64,000 bases of DNA from Perna viridis (lineage: Eukaryota), in the NCBI GenBank assembly GCA_037379345.1, contig CM074514.1, positions 10,850,001 to 10,914,000 of the forward strand, read 5' to 3'. Each line of letters begins with the position of its first letter. Position 1 is the first letter of the stretch. Shown here one piece after another: positions 12,601 to 24,966 of this stretch. Below the pieces are notes generated by a model that was not told the origin of the DNA, did not search any database, and was given only the letters and a program-made list of their open reading frames with translations. Made by a program: the position numbers and the translations under genes.

Positions 12601-15600
12601 TAAGCAAGCTCCATTAACGACAGATTTGTATTAGATGATTTCTACTTCCCTTCAGACAAAAGACAAATAAGATGATAATAAAAAACATTCGACTTACATT
12701 TATGACATAGTCGTTTAAATATAATGTAATTGCACTCTTCAAGACTTAAGTGGGTATATTAATTATGACATAATGAGATGGTGAATTGCAAGATTGAAAT
12801 AAAATATATACATGCAGTTGATCATCTTCCAACCTAGAATTTACCAATTGTCTTTAACATCGACAATTCTGGTTTATATTGAACTTAAAACTTATTCTTA
12901 TAGTATTTATTGTTAAATTTAAAGAGAAAGATACTTACATCGAAGATTTCGAAACCAGCAATATCTAGTACACCAATATAGTAGTTTCTCTTCGCTTTGG
13001 TGTCGAGACTGTGGTTGACTCTCTTGACCAACCAAGCAAAGAGACGATCGTAGAGAGATTTGGCCATAGCGTTGATGGAGTTCATGACCTGGTTTTTGTT
13101 ACGGCCCTGGGCGACAATTTCTGTGCCGACCTTGATCTTTGGTTTGACCAAGCATTTAATGAAGTCGTTTGAGTTGACACCCAACAAGAAGGAGACTTTC
13201 TCAGCCTCAGCAGTACCATCAGGTTCAGCCTGTTCACCTCTCTGTTTAAATTTCATTTCACCCATGTGTAAGATGGAAGCTGTACATTTGTAGCAGCTCT
13301 TCTTTTCATCAGATGTGAAGCCCAAGACATCAAAGGCATCCTAAAGAAAGAAACGATAAAAAAAACTGTAAAAGCTGCTACACTTTCTTCCTTCAAACAT
13401 CATATTGGTAGTTTTAAATCGTTAAACTTTAAAACATATTTCCTTTTTATTTAGGTGGTCGTCTTAAGGTTAGTTCGAGAAATAAAGCAGGTTAAAAGAA
13501 AACATGCATTTGCCATATATTTGTACCCATCGGTAACCTTTTTTTTTTTTAAACCGTCGGTATCGTTTAATAAATTGAAAACACTACTTACGTCCATGCC
13601 TTTCATTTCCTCGCTATCGTTGATTCCGTCGACAGTAAGAGCTCCCTGGTTGATGAAAGTGTACAATGCTGCGTCTGGTGTAACCAACATCATTTCGTGA
13701 TACTCAGGTATAGCATTAGTCAACAACTGATAGAAAACGTGGTAGTTTCTCTCAGCACTCAGACAGAAGGTGACACGAGACTTCTCAAGCAGATCTAGAA
13801 GACAAATGACGTCCATAAATATATTTGTAATGAAAATGTAATTTAAAAAATGAAAATTTCGTGATATCTTACATGATACCGGTGAAAATTTCCAGTAGAA
13901 GCAGTTTGCATTTTTATGTCGCAGTTAAAAAAATTTTTTGGTCCGAATTTTGATCCAAAACTATCATGAGCTGGCGTGATTTCCTATGCATAATAAACAT
14001 TTATTTCACTTACATAAACGCTACCAAAGATATAAATTGTAACATGAAAATAGGATAAAAAATGACATAAGGAAGTTGAAATACTTCGTTTACTGTTACT
14101 ATACTTACAAGTTTCTATGTCAGCTCCAGCAATTTTTCCATCAGGACCAAAGTGAATACGGATGAACTTTCCCTGTAAGGTTAAATCGAAAATAAATGTA
14201 ACCATGAATATGTGCCCATTATCGGGAAAAGTTTTCAAATGTTAACTCTTTGTAAATGTTAAGTTCATGTTCTATTATTTTGAAAAAATCAGCTGAATAA
14301 TTCAGAAAAAAAGTTTATTTGAGAAGCAAAGGCTATTCAATCTGAATAAGGGTAAGTATTCAAGATAAAACTACAATCTAGACGTGGTAACGTTTTAGAA
14401 TATTTAAGATCCACTTTTTCTTGCAATTTTAGTTTTTGAAACAAGATTTTACTGTTAAAATATATCTCGAAAAAGACTAATGGTGAAGTTGTGCAGCCAA
14501 TGATGAATAAACTGATTGCATGAATATTTGTAAAATATGGTACTTACGAATCTAGAGGAGTTGTTGTTACGTGTTGTCTTGGCGTTACCGTAAGCTTCAA
14601 GCACAGGGTTAGCCTGCACAATCTGGTCTTCGAGAGAACCCTTAAATTGAAAAATAAACATATCATTATTAAAACTTGTTCCGACACAGTTGGCATCACA
14701 AATGATATTTATACAATCTCGCAATTCATTAGACAAAAGTGGTGACAACCGTGGTAATGGACTCCAGAGTGGCCTTTTGTGTTTGGAATATTTTCAGTCA
14801 AAAACGGCTTTTGACTTTCATACACTGGTTTACTTGCTGAACCAGTCAGATAACAAAACATAGCACAGTGATCACACATTTTACAAAAAAAAATGTGAAT
14901 AGGATTTGGTATTAACTTTAGACTGACAAAGCGAGAAAATATATCTTCTTTTTCGAAATATGATAATTGTTATATTTACATGATAAAATAGATAATAACA
15001 ATACGTTAATATGTCTTATCAGCCTAAAATGTTTGTACCTTCTTTGAATCGGATTTTTCTTCATCATCTTTGTCTTTTTTCCCTAGAGTTGCAGCGACTT
15101 TAGCGAAGTACATGATGACTTTCTTGGTGTTTTCTGTCTTTCCGGCACCAGATTCACCACTGCAAATACATATACATATATAACATTTTTAACCAATAAT
15201 TTATACTCTAAAATTGAAAAGAAGCAGATTGACCGAATTGGTATAGAATGAAAATAATGTCATGTCATTGGTAGCAAATGTAAAACCAACATTCATCTAT
15301 AAAATCAACAGAAGGTGGTAGGTTTATACTTTCCGATTGGCCTTTAAACTTAAAAGTACTAGTATGCATTTTACTAATTGCCGAGTTCATCTAAATATAT
15401 ACTATGTCAAAACTTACGTAATCAAACAGGACTGGTTCTCACGATCTTGAACCATAAATTGGTAAGCATTGTCAGCTACAGAGAACAAGTGAGGGGGCAT
15501 TTCTGTCTTCCTCTTTCCCTTGTACTTAGCAATGACACTATCAGTGTAGATAGGGAGACGTCTATAAGGATTGACAGCAACACAGAAAAGTCCAGAGTAG

Positions 15601-17678
15601 GTCTGTAATCAACAAGGCAGATGCTGAGACATTTCTTTTCTGTTAATGCGCTGATGCAAGACACATTACATATCAGTGGATAGAAGTTACTCTGAATCTT
15701 GAATATTTACTTTTCAAGCATATTTTTTTCTAATCGAATTCCTTAAAATGACGTTTTAAGATCTTTAAAACTTACGTTTATATTCACTTAAATACCCAAG
15801 TACATTTCAATATTTTAAAAAAAAACATCAAAAAAACATTTCAACCAATATTTCTTGTTCTTGCACCCGTATAACTTACGTAAATGAGCTGATTGGTGTA
15901 TCTAGCCCTCAAGTTATGGAGTACAGAGGCCTCGTTAAGGTATGTCATGTTGGCCATGTCTTCAATCATTTCGTATTTTGGTGGATTCATCTGTTGAATG
16001 TCATCTTTCTTTACTGTCCTATTCTGTAGTCAATTAAAAATATATTTTATAAACACGTACGTTTGGGGGGGGGAGGGGGTGTTTGTTAATATTGATCAGA
16101 AAACAACGATATATCAGTAAAATCTAATATTGTGATATAGCTATATTTTGTGAATCTATAAAAGCCAAATTAGAATCTCATGCAGTTAACAAGCACACGT
16201 AGCTTACTTATATCGAAAGAGGAATGCATATCCAAAGAAAAAATTCTAATGCTATCAAAACTGGTACCACTTCCTATGTCCAGTACTTTACAGAATACGC
16301 TTAATGGTGTTTACATTTTGGTTGCCATCTTAAATTATAAACACTGTTAAAAGCAGTATTTTTTATTTTTATCATTCGAAATTTGCTACCACATTTATTT
16401 GTAGTGGAATATAAGAAAAAGTTTTGAGACTTGAGCTTTTATTTAGTTAAAATCATAGCTTTTTAAACCCTCCTCACAAAGTCATATGCGTTTGTCTCAT
16501 GGACGAGTGGACACAAAAGCCGCGGAGTTGTGATGATGTTTTAAAACTGGTCTAAACCCTAGTCATACCAGATACTTAGGATAAAAGTTATCAAATAATT
16601 ATATGTAATTCTATGGTTTTGGCCAAAAATAAAAAAATGTATTCATCCTGTTTTCGTTTACAACTCAGACTTATTTGTCAAGAATCTGTACTACACGATG
16701 AATGGACTTCAATTCCTTCGAAGTAAAAATATTGCTGATAACTTTTTAATGCTGCAGTTAAAAATTATGTCTTTTATTTAGCAACTGTAATCAGTCTTGT
16801 TTATCTTAGTAATAAGTCCGTGTCGACAGCCTTGTTTATCAGTCATATGTGCTGATAGGAGATAATGGAGACACTATGTGTTTTTAATGGGCTGACGAAT
16901 GGAGGAGGATATACTGTATATACTTATCTCATGATAAAACATTTATTTGGCAATTTTTATCGTTTTCTTTGCATGCATTGATATGAATTAAGAGTCGTCA
17001 GTCTTTGTAAGAATTAAGCAGCGAGTGGAAAATGGACAAAAAAAAAAACATCGCTTTGATATTGTAGTTTCTCTATTTGTACAATCAGAATCATACATAC
17101 GATATTGTAGTTTCTCTATTTGTACAATCAGAATCATACATACGATATTGTAGTTTCTCTATTTGTACAATCAGAATCATACATACGATATTGTTCTTAT
17201 TGTTTTGATCAAAATGAGTTATAATTTCAATTAAATGTACTGCAAATGAACATTTTGGGGGTAATTTACTCTTTTAAAAAACAAAAGTTTCTATCATTGT
17301 CATGTAAAATTTCCGAAAACATCCAATGATGCAAAGATTTATCTGCGAGCATTTTAAGAATAATAAGTCAGAGTGGTGGAATTAAGATTTTTTTATACTT
17401 CGTCTGATTCTTACAAAGACTAGTACGTAAGAGGTAAAATATATTTAGGGGAAATGGGAATAAGAATTGTACTGTACCTCGTTTGAATCGATGCATTTGA
17501 CAGTAATATCGTCTCCTTTTGAAGATTGAATCTCGGCTTTAACAAATCCTTCCTTGGCATCGTGAATCCAGCACATTTTCTTGCCATCGAATTCCTTGGT
17601 TTGTTCCTTCAGCAACTTTGCCCTATCGACGGCCAAGTACTGAAAGTCGGGATCCTGCGCTAACTGTGCCTGCGTCAT
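3623..17678 (-). CDS. Mhc: Muscle myosin II heavy chain (molluscan striated/smooth-adductor type), complete, 1945 aa
   Basis: 24 coding exons, all GT-AG with matching phases: 17478-17678, 15880-16023, 15418-15602, 15039-15159, 14548-14640, 14109-14172, 13592-13794, 12939-13340, 12113-12460, 11628-11822, 10930-11393, 10172-10637, 9124-9479, 8555-8702, 7624-8202, 7230-7426, 6893-7025, 6545-6761, 6145-6385, 5439-5892, 5035-5274, 4618-4818, 3949-4128, 3623-3628 (sum 5838 nt). Motifs: P-loop GESGAGKT, switch I NNNSSRFGK, switch II DIAGFE, SH1/SH2 [19 protein letters not shown] region, [12 protein letters not shown] and a full heptad rod. The last micro-exon (K-stop) is the least certain. Confidence 0.97.
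4120..4272. repeat. Perfect 74-bp tandem duplication spanning the acceptor of the penultimate myosin coding exon
   Basis: 4120-4193 and 4194-4267 are identical (AATTTCTTCCTGCAATTTCAAAGC...GAAAAATAA), followed by a partial AATTT. Confidence 0.95.
9629..9746 (-). mobile_element. 3'-terminal fragment of the Penelope-like family inside a myosin intron
   Basis: Reverse complement matches 47305-47424 and ends at the same terminus (...CCCTTGATTACTCTT). Confidence 0.85.
9840..10091 (+). mobile_element. Helentron-associated (HINE/DINE-like) element end fragment in a myosin intron
   Basis: GACG/GAAG microsatellite (10011-10046) followed by a terminal hairpin ACCACCCAATTTGCAATTGGGGTGT, the usual architecture of bivalve HINE ends. 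Confidence 0.55.
17058..17194. repeat. 43-bp perfect tandem repeat, 3.2 copies, in a myosin intron
   Basis: GATATTGTAGTTTCTCTATTTGTACAATCAGAATCATACATAC at 17058, 17101 and 17144, with a partial copy at 17187. Confidence 0.95.
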
Positions 17679-18052
17679 CTTGAACGAAAGTTACAAGGAG
17701 ACGAAGGTATACTCTGGACAATCTGTGTTGGTCTTTGGATGCAGCTTTAGTCTAAAATCAACAAGGTATTTTTGTAAATTGATGGGAAATTTGGATTGTT
17801 TCTTTTTCATTCACTCATAACAATATCAAAATTTCGTGAATGGTCAGTGGTTTCGAATATTAAAGAATGTTTTATTGTTACTTGGAATTGTCTGTAATGG
17901 TTTTTAAAAAGGTTGAGAAGGACAGAGTGTTTGGATGTTTGGAGGGTTAAGGTAAGGAGATGGTATACTAGGGGTATAAGAGGTTGGAATATACGTTACA
18001 CACCGAATCGAATCCAAAGCTAATCCTGCGTTGAGATGCCGGGAACTATCAG

Positions 18053-18104
18053 CTTTTATACTACAATTTTTCTAACCCTGCCAATAGATCTGCATTTGAT
18101 TGGC
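18053..18104 (-). promoter_or_regulatory. Core promoter of the myosin gene (TATA box plus CCAAT boxes); short non-coding exon 1 ~17995-18030 spliced to the acceptor at 17751
   Basis: Minus-strand TATAAAAG at 18060-18053. CCAAT at 18103-18099 (minus) and 18081-18085 (plus). An acceptor TTTTAG at 17757-17752 lies 73 nt upstream of the ATG. Confidence 0.6.
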
Positions 18105-19527
18105 TTATCGATGTTGATGATCAATTTTTTGGACAGTATTGATAACTCTATATGGGCAGTATCACCTACGTAAGGGGTTACATGTTTTCCTACTCAGCAG
18201 GTACGATCAACTTTCTCGTTACGTTAATTAACAGATAGTTTAATAAAACAATGGGGTGCTAATCACATCCAGATATTAATGCTTATCTGACAAACAGTTA
18301 CTGATGGCACCCAATTAGTTCCAATATCAACAGTGTATCGCAGTGTTCTGTATATACTGATTTTTCTCCATGTTACATCTGTGATTTAGTCCCAATCGAA
18401 AGATTGCACCTAATGGTGAAGCATGTTGCAAAGTCCTATTTCAATGATTAAAAAATGTTGATCTTTCGACATAAATTGAATTTGTTGCTTCTGATACCTT
18501 TTTAGCACCCAATAGGAGGTTAGATGTACTTAAAGATGTAGATTATTATCAGTGAATGTGTTTATTATGAAAACGTGTGTAACGGCCTGTGATTAATTCT
18601 GTTCATAATTATCATTTTGCATTCGCCTCTTGTTCCATTGTATAACTTTCATAACTTTTTTCGGAGATTATGTATATTATATGAGAATATTCTGGTAAAC
18701 ATTGGTAATATCAGCCAGAATGTTTGGATATATCCTTTAAAAAAACACTTCCTAAAATGTTCGTCAGTTGGTATTCGTTATATATTATGTAGTAAGTATG
18801 TGTCTCTCTCCTCTTACCAGTTTGATTTTACAAATGGAATGTATCAACAATGCTCAATACAATGGAAAACAATGTAATAATTATGTCCGATATACAATTA
18901 TTCACTCAACTGAAATCTTATTACGTGTTCAGTAATATCAACTTGTGCTTTTTTCTGTGGCGACCGCTCAGGGCGACCGCTACCCCAAGTCTTTTACTGA
19001 AATTCTTAACTTCCTTGATGATTTATTTTTTGGCAGTACTTCTTCCATTAAACTGCAATAAATTACTCAAAGCTGCTTCTTTGGTCGTGTACATGTAAAA
19101 GTTCTTTACATTCTGTAAGTCAGGACATTTTCTGTAAAAAATGTTAATTAATGAATGAAATAATCACGATAGATTGTAAAATACATCGGTATACATCAAT
19201 TGTTTGGTTTGTTCAAGGTTATTACTGCAACTAAAACATGATCAATAACAATATAAGAAAATAACATTATCCTAGGTTAGAGTGTAGTGTATTAAAATAT
19301 CGCTTCCGAACAAGATCTTATCTTCAAAGAATCAATTACTAGTATTTGTGAACGTAGTAGATATTGGTACTGCTACCTCTTTTTTGGGGAGTCTGAAGCA
19401 TGCAATACGCTTTTTTTATGTTATAACAACCCCCTAAATAACATATTACAAGTCATTACACACTGTGGCAATGTGTAGTATTTTCAATTTGCAGTAGTTT
19501 TCGATTGGGCGGTTAATGATAAACTAA

Positions 19528-19702
19528 TTTTAAGAGCTTAGCCTTCCTCCCCCGGTTTTTAAGGTCTTGGCTGTGAAGAGCTTGACCTTCCTCTCCCAGT
19601 TTTAAGAACTTGGCCTTCCTCTCCCGGTTTTAAGAACTTAGCCTTTAAGAACTTGGCCTTCCTTTCCCGGTTTTTAGAACTTAGCCTACCTCTTCCGATT
19701 TT
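19528..19702. repeat. Degenerate ~29-bp minisatellite
   Basis: Repeated TTTTAAGAACTTGGCCTTCCTCTCCCGG-like units, ~5-6 imperfect copies. Confidence 0.75.
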
Positions 19703-21314
19703 CCTTACTATCGTGAATGCCGTTTAACGATGTCAGGTGAGATTAACACATCGTTTCTGGGTCCAGAAACTCGTTTTAGTTCTTTTGCTTAACTGACAAA
19801 AAACCTAACAGTTACTTTATTAAAAAAAGTGCATTACTACCCGTGAATATCATTGTACATGTATGTATGTTGAACACGTCAAATCCCTATAGATAAAGAC
19901 AATTGTAACTTGATAAATGAGTAATAAGTTTCTCATCCTTGATACTGTGTTGAATTAATCCATATAGAATTCCAATGTCTTTATCACCAGTGTCGCCATA
20001 TAGTAGGACATGATCACTTGCTTTATGATCACTGATCTGTAATTTAAAGGATAAGTTCGAAGTTTAATTGAAATCAAACCGAAATTATGCATTTACCGTA
20101 ATGGAGCCTCCGGTACATCATAACGGTTCATTCATCAATCATTATTCTACCCATTATTGTCGCCACATGATGAATACAGACCTTGGTAGGACATTTTAAA
20201 TGCATTTCGATTATAATATAAGTGCTGAAGAACTTTTTTGATATACAAGAATATGAAGGATGGCTGTTAAAGATTCATAGATAATCTCAATATAACCTAC
20301 ACGCTTGCACGAAATATATGGAAACTTCATTTTAATAACAAAATGAAAGGCATATCTAAACTTATTGTCAAAATGTTCGAACGCTAAAAGAAAGGGCTGA
20401 TTTTTTTAGGATAGCAGACGCCACGCATGAAAATCATATGTAGTGAACATATTGTACAATGCATATGTATCGAGCATGATATGCATGTTTTCACATATTT
20501 TCACTTACAATTCAGTTACAATACAACTATAATAAAATTTCCATGTTAATACACATACATTTGTATATGTGAACCTTTTGCCGCGCATATGCATAAACAA
20601 CTTAGAGGCTGTTTCAGGAAGAGCTGAGAACACCATACTTCGATACTGGATTGGCGTTCGGATTTTTATTTAATCTTTGTTGTCAGTGCATGTTTGTTTT
20701 CGGGTGCTGTCTAAGTTATCTTATCATCATTTTTTTGTCTCCATTTACTCTGCTTTATCATTTTTCTCTTGAATTTAGCATTTCAGAAATTGCTACGACT
20801 GTGGGCACAGTTTTAGCATTTTTTATTGCACAATGTTCTGGCGTCATAGCACCTAGTGTATGTGTCATGTAGTTTTATACACAGTCGTACAAGAATTTGT
20901 AAATATCCATATGTTGGTGTAAATAATTAGACGACAATATGTTGTAGTTTCATTTTTTCAACTTTATCTTTCGAATGAAATATGAAGTGAATGTAGAAGC
21001 TTGGTTATACTTGTTTATTCAGCTTCATATTTTTAAGGCAGTATGATTTAATATAAGAATATAACTCAAATATATCATAAAAATCCCTTCGAGTTTTCTA
21101 CCAATATGTAACATTGCTTATCTTTTTCTCGGAAATTGGTCGAGCTTAAACAAAGACTTCAATCGATCATAAACGATTTATTATACCTAACAAAGCAGAC
21201 GAGTAACGATTCAAGTGATGACAATGCAAACATTGTTTTATGATCTTCTGAGTATAACGTATTTATGAATATTTTATTATTTTAAATGAATATTTGTACT
21301 GCTATTGAGAGAAC

Positions 21315-21643
21315 TTGTTTCTTGTTACTTTATTTTACCAGCAGCATTCATGACTTGTAAATGTGTTTTGGATTTAAAGTTCATGCGAGATAGCTCTAAG
21401 AACAAATATTGTCTATGTTGTCTGCTCATTTAAAAGTAATTTAGTAAAAATGGATGGAACAAAGAAATTACAGATGTGAATACAGGGCAAGATTTCAGAT
21501 TGTGACGTAGTTAACGTCTTTAATTCCCCGACTTAACAGATGGAATTGATATTTTTTTCATAATTAAGTTTTCTATTGTATTATGTTATAAAATTCGCCA
21601 AACGATTCCTGATTGATTCGTAGCTAGAAATTCCAATTCTATT
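21315..21643. repeat. Left copy of a 329-bp direct repeat flanking the LINE (putative target-site duplication)
   Basis: Matches 24638-24966 at offset 3323 with 4 substitutions counted by eye and no indels. Confidence 0.93.
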
Positions 21644-24637
21644 CATTCATTCTTTAATTCCTCAAAATAGAGATGACATGAATTGCAATTACATAATTAC
21701 AAATTAATTAACACACAAATAGGAAGTATTAAATAATAATAATAATAATGAATTGTATTATTAATTCATATCTATATACAAGTAAAGTGAGCAAGACATG
21801 TTCGTGTACTGGTGACATTACATGCATTAGCTACAAAAATGTATTGCAACAACGTAAGCATCTTAAATATTCGCCTGTTGACTTTGCAATATGGATGTAG
21901 CAGAGTCGTCTGAATTCATCTATATCGGAATCACAGAGTTCAGTGGAAGTTTTTCTACCGAGGAGAATTCGGACAAGCGATTCATCATCATACTCGCTTA
22001 GTTCTACGCACAACTCTAGAGGAAAATGTTCAATTATAAGGTCCATCCAAACATTAAACAACTCTGAAGTACTTGTACAGTTTTGGGTAGCATGGACAAG
22101 CATGTCGGTGAATATTTGATCACATAATTTACATGATTGTTCGATTAGGTTTGGTACAGAGGAAATGTATTTAGCAATAATGTGAGCGGTACGCAGATCA
22201 AAGCAGTTTGTAGGGTACTTCCAGATGTCAGCAACAGCAATGGAATTGTGGATTTCTCTGAATCGACTAAAGCCACTATGTGAGTCTATACGTGTTTTCC
22301 AGTCATTATCATGTTTTGTATGAACCGCATTTACCACCATGTGTTTCCATTCTAATTTGCCAGGAAAGTCACCGTCTCTGATAAAGATCGCAAGGCATTC
22401 GTACAGGTTATATTTGATTAAGATATCTAAAATATCCTGGATAAAGCCTATGCGATTTCGATTGTCTGTTAGGCATGTAAAAAGTCTGTGTAGGAAGATA
22501 GTTTTCGCCAAGCAGCTATTATCCAACTTGCAAAGTTTGCCGAAGAAATAAAGTTTGCGTTTTTCGATTTCACTTGTTATGCTGCGTAACCCAACCATAC
22601 TTTCGCAAATGTCCGATCGTGTGAGTGTGCTGAACTTTTGTGCATGTTTGACAACAAAATGTTGAAATCTATTTAGAAGTGCTAGCTCGGTATTCGTTAA
22701 ATTGTTCCATACTTCACAACCGTATAGAACGGTGGGTATAACAACAGATCTATATAATTTTATAAGCACTGACGGATTTGTATTTCCACATCTGATATTG
22801 GCAATTGCAAAATAAATGTTTCTACCTTTCCTACAAACGTTCGTTGTCCTTGAGACTTAAATTTACCATTGAGTTCAATCCCTAAATGCACATGGCTTTC
22901 TAAAATTGGAATCATTTCCTGGCTAACTGTCCATTTTAAGTCTGATTTTACGAACGATTTAGAAAATTGTATCACAAACGATTTCTTGCCATTGAACTGA
23001 AACCGCCACTTATTCGCATATTCGGTGCACACATCAAGCATTCGTTGTAATGCTTTAGGTGTTGTAGCAATGCATGTAATATCGTCAGCAAGCGAAGGGG
23101 CACAACATTTTATACTATTTACACCTGTTACCTGATTAGAATTACACAGCTCATTGATTAAATCATTAATAATCACAAGATATAAAAAACCAGATAACAC
23201 ACCACCTTGCCTTACACCTTCATTTACTTCAAAATACTTCGATTTGCATTGATTCACAATAACCGAACTTTGTGTATTACTATATAACATATTTATACAA
23301 GACCAAGCTTTACCTTTAACACCTAAGCTACAAAGTTTGACCATAAGTGCTTTGCGCCATACCGTATCAAAGGCTTTTCTATTGTCTAGGAATGCGGCAA
23401 ATACTTTACTGTGTTGTTCAATGTTATTATAAATTGTTTCAAGGAGACAAAAGGACGCAGTCAGACAACCCAGACCTTTCTGAAACCCGCGTTGCAGTGG
23501 ATTTGTAAACGTTCCTGGTATTATCACGAATGTTTGTATACGTTGGAGTAGGAGTTTTTCAAATGTTTTCAACACACTGGACAAGAGACAAACGGGTCGG
23601 TAACTGTCAGGGTGTGACTTAAGCTTGCCACCACCTTTAAATAACGGAACCAAAAGACCCTTTCGCCAATCACTGGGTAATTCACATTTAGATATCATGG
23701 TATTTAGAAAAACTGTGAGGCATTCAATTAGTTTCGGTCCGCCAAAAATTAAATGTTCATTTTGAACCAAGCCATTTCCACTTGCTTTTCTACGTTTTAA
23801 TTGTTTGATAACCGCCGCAACATCTTCGTCAGTTATGATACCACCGGGTAAGTATTGTTCTTTAACAACGTCACACACAGTTTCAATGTCGTCATACATT
23901 TTATTCACTTCACGGAATGTTGATTCGTTAAACATAGAAGTATCGGACGGTGTATATAAGTCTTTGAAGTAACTGGCAAACGCATTACAAACCGATTCGG
24001 GGGTATTATGAACAGTGTCATTAAAGTTTATCTCATGGTACACCTTTGACTGTTTTGGTTTCTGTCGCTTTATAAGTTTCCAAAACAACCTTATATCACA
24101 TTCAGCTGCATTGTTTATATCTTCGTATGTCTCTTCCATATATTGATCATGAGCAAGTTGCTGTATATTCCTAAAATTACATTTCGCTCGTTTATAATTA
24201 AAGTAAGACGGATATTGCATACCCCTTGGTCTACCATCCTGCAACCATATTTTACGCATTTCACGTTCTTTACGATGCGCTGTTTTAACGTCTGCATTCC
24301 AATACGGTTTCGTATATGGATTGAATCTGTTACATGGTATTGATTCTTTTGCCGCATCAAGTATCGTAGTCACCAAATCCGAATAAAAAGAATCTATGTC
24401 TTTGTCGTTGTGTTGAAGATCGTGTATAAGTCTATTTAACGGTTCACGAAGACTGTCTTGGTATCTACGCACATGCTGATCGGTGACTTTGTGCCACGAT
24501 GGCAACTTCGAAAATTTGTTTGACTCAATATGAATATTTTCTTCTAGCACAACGGATGCAATAACGGGCAGATGATCCGATGTCGAACTGAATGTTCCTT
24601 CTTCGAGAATTTCGTATTGTCTTAATTGTCTGACTAA
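21644..24637 (-). mobile_element. 5'-truncated non-LTR retrotransposon (RTE-X-like LINE) with the C-terminus of an AP endonuclease, RT and a Cys-His domain; one frameshift near 22850
   Basis: Endonuclease end motif SDHLPV (~24563-24580). RT motifs YRPVCLLSSVLKTFE, FLDNRKAFD, GVRQGGVLS and LADD in ORF 22760-24550. The continuation ORF 21831-22769 has LYGCEVW and CKLC-x9-H-x4-C. 3' UTR ends in ATTAAA(GAAT)n at 21644-21659. Clade assignment is from motif recall, not phylogeny. Confidence 0.92.
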
Positions 24638-24966
24638 TTGTTTCTTGTTACTTTATTTTACCAGCAGCAATGATGACTTGTAAATGTGTTTTGGATTTCA
24701 AGTTCATGCGAGATAGCTCTAAGAACAAATATTGTCTATGTTGTCTGCTCATTTAAAAGTAATTTAGTAAAAATGGATGGAACAAAGAAATTATAGATGT
24801 GAATACAGGGCAAGATTTCAGATTGTGACGTAGTTAACGTCTTTAATTCCCCGACTTAACAGATGGAATTGATATTTTTTTCATAATTAAGTTTTCTATT
24901 GTATTATGTTATAAAATTCGCCAAACGATTCCTGATTGATTCGTAGCTAGAAATTCCAATTCTATT
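24638..24966. repeat. Right copy of the 329-bp direct repeat flanking the LINE
   Basis: Starts exactly where the LINE is 5'-truncated and is near-identical to 21315-21643. Confidence 0.93.

Noticed and set aside
5415-13700. Many plus-strand ORFs overlapping myosin exons
   Set aside because: They are antisense shadows of the coiled-coil and motor coding sequence.
18146-18156. CArG box in the myosin promoter
   Set aside because: CTCTATATGG has two mismatches to CC(A/T)6GG.
18900-20200. Exon-like minus-strand segments with splice signals upstream of myosin
   Set aside because: Stops occur in the plausible frames and the product is unrecognisable. Possibly a dead gene or transposon, but unsupported.
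21315-24966. LTR retrotransposon (RT between two long direct repeats)
   Set aside because: The RT and endonuclease are non-LTR type, there is a microsatellite 3' tail, and there are no TG...CA ends, PBS/PPT or integrase.
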